64,000 nucleotides of DNA from Hyaloraphidium curvatum SAG 235-1 (lineage: Eukaryota > Fungi > Monoblepharomycota). Each line of letters begins with the position of its first letter. Position 1 is the first letter of the stretch. Below the pieces are notes generated by a model. That model was not told the origin of the DNA. It saw only the letters and a list, made by a program, of their open reading frames with translations, and did not search any database. Positions 12,202 to 20,394 of this stretch are shown here, piece after piece. Location: NCBI GenBank assembly GCA_025558095.1, contig JAIVFI010000043.1:124001-188000 (forward strand), given 5' to 3'. The translations under genes were made by a program, and so were the position numbers.

Positions 12202-12214
12202 GAGCAAAAGAAAA
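12202..12214 (-). terminator. Pol III oligo-T terminator of tRNA-Arg(ACG)
   Basis: TTTTCTTTTG on the minus strand directly after the tRNA 3' end. Confidence 0.6.
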
Positions 12215-12217
12215 TGG

Positions 12218-12344
12218 CGAGTCAGGTAGGGATCGAACCTACGACCTTCTGCTAGCCGCTCCGACACCAGATTCGAATCGCAGGATACGAGTCAAGATGA
12301 TCAGAAGCCGTAGGCAGACGCTCTATCCACTGAGCTACAAACCC
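12218..12344 (-). tRNA. tRNA-Arg(ACG) with a 54-nt intron (12254-12307)
   Basis: GGGTTTG-TA-GCTC AGTGGATA GAGC-G-TCTGC CT ACG G[intron]A GCAGA-AGGTC-GTAGG TTCGATC CCTAC-CTGACTC-G; 73 nt after splicing; followed by CCA and a T-tract. Confidence 0.9.
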
Positions 12345-13082
12345 TTCCTTCTTGAGAAAGGATGCTCTATCCAGCGAGCGGGGCCATTTGAAGCACTTTG
12401 TCTCCGTCCGCAGCCGTACCCTCCACGATGTGATGTCGTTGTGCTTCCACTTTTGGAGTGAGCTGGGGGTCGGATCCGCAGGCGGGATGGGAGTGCAATG
12501 GTGCCCGGGACAGAGAGCTGGCCGGCCCGGCAGCTCCGCCCGGGGGCGCCAGGGAGGAAGTCCCCGGCCTCTACCAAGCCAGACACGGCACCATCAGCTT
12601 CATCAAGACGCCTCAGGGCGGCCGATTCGGGCAGGATGGCGGGCCCGGCGCGTGTGCTTCGTGCGCCGCCCTCGCGGCCTCGACGCGGGCTCCCCATCGT
12701 CCCGGCGGCGTCCCGAATCGCGCTTCTTTGCCCCCGAAATGCGCTTCTGGCCAGTAGCGTCGAGTTGGGGCCGCGGTCGGGACCGGAAAAGGCCGAAACG
12801 TCGCGCTGGTGAGGCTGGCCACACCCGGACCCGCAATTCCCGTTCCCGGGGGACGCGGGGCGGCCAAAGAGAGCCCGGGCGCGAACTGCGGGATCGTTTG
12901 CGACGCGTTGCGGGCCGCCGCGAGGGGTGTTTCGCGGCGGGCCGGTCGGACGCGCGCAAGTGCAGCGCCATTCGGACTATTCGGGGGGGGGGCCGGCTCC
13001 GCGGGCCTTGGCGGTCACAATGCCCCTCCCCGCCCTAGCGGATGATCTAAAGCCCTGTAGCTCAGTGGATTAGAGCACTTGC
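12236..13082 (+). repeat. 847-bp direct repeat, copy 1 (tRNA-Arg pair block)
   Basis: Appears identical to 16361-17207 (offset 4125; the ORF-track entries repeat exactly). Confidence 0.95.
13051..13082 (+). pseudogene. Truncated 5' half of tRNA-Arg(CCT) (positions 1-31)
   Basis: AGCCCTGTAGCTCAGTGGATTAGAGCACTTGC, then divergence exactly before the anticodon loop. Confidence 0.85.
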
Positions 13083-14213
13083 TGGATCACGGCCGAAGGC
13101 GTAGAGCCTCGCCCTGCGTCAGTACAGGTGTGCGAGCCATCGGCAGGGTTCAAGGCCCAGGGTTCTCGGATCCCGGTCCACGCACTCCGTCCCTGCCCAA
13201 TCCGTTCGGCAAATCATTCTCACTGATTGGTGCGGTGCGTGGTTTCGGGCCCTGTCGTCCATGGTCGGCCTCACGTGGCACGGAAGCATGGTTCACCTCG
13301 GCCAGCCGGGAGCCGGCCGTCCCTGGATGGAACTGGAAATTGCGGCGCCCAAATTGCCACCCTTGGCGGAAGCTTCGATGTGTTTTCGAAGCGAGAAGAC
13401 CGGTAAGGGACCGAGGACGAGCGGTCACTGCCTCTGCGCTGGGCCCGCCGAGTGGCCCTCCTGGCGCGCAATTCCGGGTAGCGTCGTCGCTCAATGCCCG
13501 CTTCCCGGAAGAAAACTGCTTCCCACGAACATGCAAAAGGGCGAAACACCAGAGGACCGCCGGGTTCAGTCCAGAGCGCGATGCGGCGGGCGGCCGAACC
13601 GGTCGACCCAGCGTGCCCGGCCATGCCATCGCGGCCTCTGCGCCTTGCCCCAGCGGTGTGGGAACTCCGTCCCCGCGGGATCGTGCCGCAAATGGACCGC
13701 GTCATTCACCTCAGGGGGCTGTTGCGGGCCCATGCGTGCAGGGTCGGCCTCAAGTGGCACGGAAACCGCCCAGGGGCCGGCAAGCGCGGGGCGCTCCTAG
13801 ACGGCACTGGACGCGAGAGCTACCCCTTGATGGTGTCGGCTGACACATTGGCTTCCACAGAGTTCAGAAAGTGCGTTCTCTACCATTGCAAGCCCCTGCT
13901 TGCCGAGGTGCAAGCTCCCGCCATTCTCGCCGGCCTGCTCAATGTCTTCCTTGACTTCCTTGATGAAACTGGAAACGGCTGCATCCAACCCACGGGCCTC
14001 TGTCAGCGCATCTAAGTGTGTCGAGTGCGCAAGGAGCTGTAGCGGACCGCGGACGACGTGATCCGGCGTTACTCCAGTTCTGGGAGCACCTAGCTGGCAA
14101 AATCGCCAGCCCGAAGGTTGTCGCTTCCGTGTGGAGACTGGATACATGAAGGTCGTCCCCGCCGCGGCCGTCCGCACGTCCGGAAGCTTCACGCACGAGC
14201 ATCCGAGCTCCCG

Positions 14214-15805
14214 TCACGCCGCCACAACGCCCGGGCACACCGTCGACACCGGGAAGCTGATGTTAAGCCCCCTGAAGATAGTGTACAGGCCGACCCCCAG
14301 TGTGAAGAGGGTGACCCCTGCCGTCCTCACGGCCGAAAAGTCCACGAGAAAGCCCATCCACTTGCCCCGCACGTCCTCGCCGACGAACGCGGTGATCAGG
14401 TCCGCGTGTCGCCGCGCCGAGGGCGTGCCGATGCTCAGCAGCTCCACCACTGTCGATGCATACAGGAGCCGGATCTGCTCGATGCTCGAGTTCCACAGCG
14501 CGAGCAGAGCGAGGTCCCGCAGTAGGACCAGGGTGAACTCGGCAAAGATGATGGGGACCCAAATGGGCACGCACGCCTCGCCGATGAGGTAGATGATGCC
14601 GCTGCCGACAAAGAGGACGAGGATGGTGGCGTATAGGGTGCGGGGATGGGAGCTCCGTGCGAGGAAGCTGCGCCAGGTGCGCGAGAGCTCGCGGTGCAGG
14701 ATCGCGTACTGCTCGGCGGTCAGGGGATCAGTGGGGACCGCCTCCCTGTCCACCACGTTGCGCTCGCGGTGCAGGAGGTCGCGCAGGACGAGCATCACGG
14801 CGCGGCTCCGCAGCCGCTTCGCGAGGTCCATCGGAGGGTGCGAGGCAATGCTCGACGGGTAGGGGGTGGAGATCTCCTGGAAGAAGAGGTTCATGCAGAA
14901 CACGACGATGATGAAGATGGCCCAGGGCGTCGTGTAGGTGACGGGGGCAAACGTGACGATGACCGTCCAGTGAATCAAAACGTTCCCGCAGACCTCAAAA
15001 GAGAGGGCCACCGTGCCAGTGATTAGCGCCTCGCGGGCCGCAGCGTCGGCGGAATCGCCCGCGCACGATTTGAGCGGGCACGGGCAGAGGTGGTCTTGCG
15101 GGTCGTGTGCGGTGAGGGCAGAAGGACCTGATTCGAGAAGCTGGGTCCACCGGGCGACGCCGGCGTAGGGATGGCCCGAAAAGTCGCCGGCGGGGGAGGT
15201 GTTGAGCATTTCTGGACGGCACCGGTACCGCGGGTCAACAGCGGAGGCGCGGCGGCAGACGGCAACCCACCGTCCATGCCCTTCTCCGCCTTCTTGTCAC
15301 GCACGGCGGCTACCATGAGCCCAAGGAAGGTGAAGAGAAGCGCCGCGGTGGCAAAGCCGACCTGCTTGTCCGGATACGGGTGCTCCGCCCGCGGGTTCAG
15401 CAGCCACAGCGCGACGATCATTAGCACGCCGGCCACGTTCAGCAGGGAGTTGATGAGGCTGAAGAGTCGCGAAAGCCGCTGCACGCCTAGCGAGTAGGCG
15501 AGCGCGGCCGCGGCTGTTTTGTACGGCGCCACCCCTGCGCGAAAGGCCGCGTCGCTGAGCGGCTGGGCGGCGCGCAGGCCGGCGGCGCGGTCGACGGTCG
15601 CGGTCGCAGTGAGCAACGAGTACGGAATGCGGGGCTCGTTGGGGAACAGCACGACCCATTCGCGGTCGCTGAAGTCGGGCCCGCCGCGGGACGCAGGCAG
15701 CAGCGTGGCCGAGAACAACGTCGCCGTCTGCGCGCCCCCGAGGCTAGGCGCTTCGGACGACAGCGAGTCGCGCGGCTCCATGCAGATGTGCTCGTCCTCC
15801 TTCAT
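14214..15805 (-). CDS. Multi-pass membrane protein, GRL/DUF3537(7TMIC)-like family, copy 2 (intact; intron 15212-15270), cargo of the tRNA-flanked insert
   Basis: A GTGGGT...TTGAC...CAG intron joins ORFs 15023-15928 and 14214-15209 in frame. HDPQDHLCPCPLKSC, CVPIW...LLRDLALLALWNSSI and the C-terminus KWMGFLVDFSAVRTAGVTLFTLGVGLYTIFRG...STVCP. Confidence 0.75.
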
Positions 15806-16360
15806 CGTTGGCTTTGTTGGGTGGGGGACGGACGGCGTTCTCTTCAGAAGACTCGAGCTACAGCCAGCCATGACGTAATCGGGAAACCTGGGAAAACCCC
15901 TCATCCTCGCGGCATAATCGCGAAGCATTCGGATGTGGACTTAAACATTCCAAAACATTGCGAGTCCGCCGGTGCCAGCGCCTTTGACTTTGCATGTCCG
16001 GCGTCGACTCCGCTGCTTCATCCGACAGCTCACCCGCGGCCCGTGCTTCCCGACCAGGTCCGGGTCGACGAGGTGTTGCTGCGTCACGCGGTCGGTTGGA
16101 GAGCAGTCGACTAGCAACAGTGTCAGATTTAGGATATCTCTGTAACAATCTCGACCAGCCCGTGCCGCTCCGCGCCGCACCGCGGCCGGTTCTCTCTTTT
16201 ACCCCCGCGTTGCAAGCCTCGCATGGGGGTGACATAATCGGGCGCAGCATTTGCATCCGAAAAGCAGGGAAAATGCCTTGCACACCCATTGCGAAGACCC
16301 TGTCTCCTGCGTAGCAGACGCTCCCTAAAGGGACCTATCCTCAAGGGCATGCCATTCCGC

Positions 16361-16469
16361 AACCTACGACCTTCTGCTAGCCGCTCCGACACCAGATTCG
16401 AATCGCAGGATACGAGTCAAGATGATCAGAAGCCGTAGGCAGACGCTCTATCCACTGAGCTACAAACCC
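16361..16469 (-). pseudogene. 3'-truncated tRNA-Arg(ACG) (stops in the T-loop after GGTT)
   Basis: Identical to 12236-12344 but lacks CGATCCCTACCTGACTCG. Confidence 0.85.
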
Positions 16470-17207
16470 TTCCTTCTTGAGAAAGGATGCTCTATCCAGC
16501 GAGCGGGGCCATTTGAAGCACTTTGTCTCCGTCCGCAGCCGTACCCTCCACGATGTGATGTCGTTGTGCTTCCACTTTTGGAGTGAGCTGGGGGTCGGAT
16601 CCGCAGGCGGGATGGGAGTGCAATGGTGCCCGGGACAGAGAGCTGGCCGGCCCGGCAGCTCCGCCCGGGGGCGCCAGGGAGGAAGTCCCCGGCCTCTACC
16701 AAGCCAGACACGGCACCATCAGCTTCATCAAGACGCCTCAGGGCGGCCGATTCGGGCAGGATGGCGGGCCCGGCGCGTGTGCTTCGTGCGCCGCCCTCGC
16801 GGCCTCGACGCGGGCTCCCCATCGTCCCGGCGGCGTCCCGAATCGCGCTTCTTTGCCCCCGAAATGCGCTTCTGGCCAGTAGCGTCGAGTTGGGGCCGCG
16901 GTCGGGACCGGAAAAGGCCGAAACGTCGCGCTGGTGAGGCTGGCCACACCCGGACCCGCAATTCCCGTTCCCGGGGGACGCGGGGCGGCCAAAGAGAGCC
17001 CGGGCGCGAACTGCGGGATCGTTTGCGACGCGTTGCGGGCCGCCGCGAGGGGTGTTTCGCGGCGGGCCGGTCGGACGCGCGCAAGTGCAGCGCCATTCGG
17101 ACTATTCGGGGGGGGGGCCGGCTCCGCGGGCCTTGGCGGTCACAATGCCCCTCCCCGCCCTAGCGGATGATCTAAAGCCCTGTAGCTCAGTGGATTAGAG
17201 CACTTGC
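16361..17207 (+). repeat. 847-bp direct repeat, copy 2
   Basis: Matches 12236-13082. Confidence 0.95.
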
Positions 17208-17249
17208 CTCCTAAGCAAGGGGTCCGAGGTTCGAGCCCTCGCTGGGTCG
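17176..17249 (+). tRNA. tRNA-Arg(CCT), intronless
   Basis: AGCCCTG-TA-GCTC AGTGGATTA GAGC-A-CTTGC CT CCT AA GCAAG-GGGTC-CGAGG TTCGAGC CCTCG-CTGGGTC-G. A1:C72 and T6:T67 mismatches; TTTT about 30 nt downstream. Confidence 0.8.
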
Positions 17250-17515
17250 TTCGCCTGATGTCGCCTCGAGCGACGTCTTTTGCTCCCCGGCGGGTCTGCG
17301 GCCCGCCTGCCTCCGTTCTGACCCTCCCGGACATCGGCTCGGCCTCGCCGGGCCTCATTTCCCGCCGGAAGCCCGCTGCGCCGGGGTCCTTCGGTCCGAG
17401 CCCTCGCTGGGTCGATCGCCTGATGTCGCCTCGAGCGACGTCTTTTGCTCCCCGGCGGGCCTGCGGCCCGCCTGCCTCCGTTCTGACCCTCCCGGACATC
17501 GGCTCGGCCTCGCCG
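17232..17515 (+). repeat. Two about 119-bp direct repeats (17232-17350 and 17397-17515) made of the tRNA-Arg(CCT) 3' end plus trailer
   Basis: CGAGCCCTCGCTGGGTCG...CATCGGCTCGGCCTCGCCG occurs twice with few substitutions. Confidence 0.9.
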
Positions 17516-18436
17516 TTGGTTTTGCTCCCAGTGGGGGCTGCCCGGGGCTGCGCCCCGGCCAGCTGGGGCGTCCTGCCAAGCAGCAGAAGGACCGCTTCCC
17601 AGCCTTCTTTTGCGGGATCGACCTCGGGCAGCGGATCGGCGCCATCTACGGCGACTTCGACCATCTACACGCCTCGCGCTAGTGACGCAGCGCCCTCACC
17701 GGCAGGCAAACGCTTGAGTGCGCCAGGGGTCCGTCAATCCGAGCCCGTTGCTCGGTAAATGCTTTTGCTTCGAATTGCTGATCGCCCGGAGCTCAAGGAC
17801 AGGATGCCCGCTGCCGCGATAACAATCAACATCGTCCGGGACTAAGGGGCTCGTGGCCGCGGACTGTGGGCCGTAACCCCTCGGATTGGACTCGGACATC
17901 ATTTCGAGCTGATTCATATGCCGGCAAGTGATCGGCGCGTTCCGAGCGGAAGCGGTACAGCGGTGGCACAGCTCAGCGCGTCTTGCTCCAATCCGTCTTC
18001 GGCGCGCGCCGCCTCAATCCCCGGATAGGAGGTAGCTTCATCCGAAGCCACCGCGCTGCCGCCTTACCCGCGGCAGATCCCCGGTTCCCGCGCGGGAAGC
18101 CCGGAAGCCGCGGGAGAATCGCCCCGGCAGAACGTAAATCCGCCCGCGTAGCGCTGTCGACTTGCCCCCGGGCGGGAGCCCCTGTTGCATAACGCGTGCA
18201 CGCCCCGCGCCCGGAACCGCAGGATAATCTTTGGAGGTACGTACGAGCGTGCAGGCTTGGCGTGGAGGCGGCGGCGTCACCGCATCGGTTTGCTGGTTTC
18301 GGTGTTTGGTGAGAGCCCCGGCCGGCCGGAACCGCGTAAGCGCTTGCGACGATGTTCCGTCGTTTCGACATTGATCCGGCACGGATATAACAACCGACCA
18401 CTGCTCCTCCACTCCACCCGTACATCGAACATCGAC

Positions 18437-19762
18437 ATGACCGACGCCATGAAGCCCGTGATTTTGGAACGCGCGTCGAGCTGCACGCTTTGCGACGAGA
18501 AGGACCACGCGCGCGCGCCGGCGGCCAAGCTGCCCGCGCCCTCCCCGGCCGCCGCCCCCGCCGAGGATTTTAGCGGGCCCGTCGTGCACGGCGCCGCCGG
18601 CGAGTGGGCGACCGGCCGCGTGCTCGGCGAGGGCGCGTTCGCGGCGGTGCGGCTGGCGAGGGGGAAGAGCGGCACCGCGGTGGCCAAGACGACGCCGACG
18701 TCGAACCCGCGCAACCTGCTGTTCGCCCTGCGCGAGGCCCGCGTGCTCGCACACCTGCCGCCGCACCGCAGCATCCCGCCGCTGCTGGACGTCGCCCGCT
18801 CCGGCGATGCCGTGCACGCCGTGATGGCTCGCGCTCCCGGCGAGGAGCTGTTTTCGTACGTCAACAACCAGCCCGGCGGCCTGCTCCCCGAGGCCGAGGC
18901 CCGCGTGATCGTCGCCGAGCTGCTCGAGGCACTGCGGCATTCCCACGCCCACGGCGTGCTGCACCGCGACGTGAAGCTGGACAATGTGTTCTGGGACGCC
19001 TCGACGGGCACCCTGAGCCTGATCGACTTTGGCCTCGCCACCTTCTTCGACGACCGCACGCTGCTGGACGAGTCCGTCGGCTGCATCAACTACGCCGGCC
19101 CCGGCCTGCTCCGCCTGGTCAACCAGCGCCGGCCGTACTCGCCCCGCGGCGGGCACCCGGACCTCCACGCCGTCGGCGTGCTCGCGCACGGGCTGCTGAC
19201 GGGGTACTTCCCGTTCCGCCACGAGGACCCGCTCGAGCTGCAGGCCGAGATCGCCGCGGGCCTGCCGGCGCCGGTCGAGGGCGCCAGCGGGGCCGCCAAC
19301 GCCTTCCTCGCCGCAGTGCTGGACCCCCGCAACGAGGGCAGGATCACCGCCGAATCGCTGCTCGCGCACCCCTGGCTCGCGGACCTGGCTGTGGAGCGCG
19401 CACCGATGCGCTCCGGCGTCACGATCCCGAAGCTGCCCTCGTCGGCGTTCGACGCCCGCCGCGCCGCCAAGGCCGTCGACGCCGACCTCGCCCGCATCCT
19501 GCCGGCCTACCTGGCCTCCCTGGACGCCGTTGCCGACGCCGAGTCGTCGGGTGACGAGAGCGACGCCACCCTCCGCGTGGAGCGCGCGGGATCGGACGTG
19601 AGCATGGCTTCGGTCGAGACCGCCGCCGCGGCGCTCGTTCCGGCGCAGGAGCCCGAGCCGGCGCCGGTGCACGCGCACGAGGACAAGCCGCGGAAGACGA
19701 AGCGGTTCGACCCGGCCAAGTGGTTCGGGAAAGTGAGGCGGCAGAGGGTGGCGGCCGCGTAG
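18437..19762 (+). CDS. Ser/Thr protein kinase (CAMK-like), copy B
   Basis: Same motifs as 5549-6865 and near-identical protein. Likely start MTDAMKP. Confidence 0.85.
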   Translation: MTDAMKPVILERASSCTLCDEKDHARAPAAKLPAPSPAAAPAEDFSGPVVHGAAGEWATGRVLGEGAFAAVRLARGKSGTAVAKTTPTSNPRNLLFALREARVLAHLPPHRSIPPLLDVARSGDAVHAVMARAPGEELFSYVNNQPGGLLPEAEARVIVAELLEALRHSHAHGVLHRDVKLDNVFWDASTGTLSLIDFGLATFFDDRTLLDESVGCINYAGPGLLRLVNQRRPYSPRGGHPDLHAVGVLAHGLLTGYFPFRHEDPLELQAEIAAGLPAPVEGASGAANAFLAAVLDPRNEGRITAESLLAHPWLADLAVERAPMRSGVTIPKLPSSAFDARRAAKAVDADLARILPAYLASLDAVADAESSGDESDATLRVERAGSDVSMASVETAAAALVPAQEPEPAPVHAHEDKPRKTKRFDPAKWFGKVRRQRVAAA

Positions 19763-20394
19763 ATCTCTGTCGTTGATTCTCTTTGTCTGATTTGGATTAT
19801 ACCCGATGAAAGCATCTGCTTGCCTTCGAGTCCGAGTCCTCTTCCGAGTCCGATATCTGGCCAGCTGGAGCTCTCTGACGACTTGCCACGAGACTAGTGG
19901 GACGAGCGAGGGGCCTCGCTGCCGCGGACGCACGCCGGGGCTGCGGCCATGCCCGCTGCATTGTAGATTATGGGCCTGATGGACCTGCTTGATTGCCTCA
20001 AGACGTGGTCCGGACACCGATGGATGACGGCTGGAGCCGAGGGAAGGCCGGGGTACTGTTCGGCACGGAGCGCAGCGAGCCCCCCGCGGAGAGCTGGACG
20101 GGGAATGGGGGTCTTCCCTCTTGCGTGTCCCTGCCCCCGTCTCGCCCCCTCCTGCCTCTCCTACTCCCCTGGGGAAAATGGGGCCGGCGAGGGAAAGGGG
20201 CCGGCGCGCGCCGAACCCCGCCCGGGGGCTGGTGACGCTGATGGCGAAAGCGCTGGCGCGAACCCGCCCACACCCCGCCCGAGGGGGACCGCCGCCGCGC
20301 CCCGCACCGCCGCACTCAGCAGCGCGGTGTGTTTGCGGCGGGCAGTGCGTGCGCGGCGAGAGGGCGGCGGGCAGCGCGCGCCGACACCGCCGCG

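Noticed and set aside
12345-12385. tRNA-Sec or a functional opal suppressor
   Set aside because: Only D and anticodon arms are present; C33; no long variable arm or own T-arm. Kept only as a tRNA-half finding.
12352-13038. Duplicated 228-aa ORF inside the 847-bp repeat as a possible integrase or transposase
   Set aside because: Low-complexity translation with no catalytic motifs; it is the GC-rich spacer between the tRNAs.
13797-14030. Protein-like stretch (LDALTEARGLDAAVSSFIKEVKEDIE) inside the insert
   Set aside because: Too short, with no recognisable family or gene structure; possibly a relic.
12236-17207. LTR retrotransposon reading of the direct repeats
   Set aside because: No TG...CA termini, PBS/PPT, TSD or gag/pol; the repeats are host tRNA-locus DNA.
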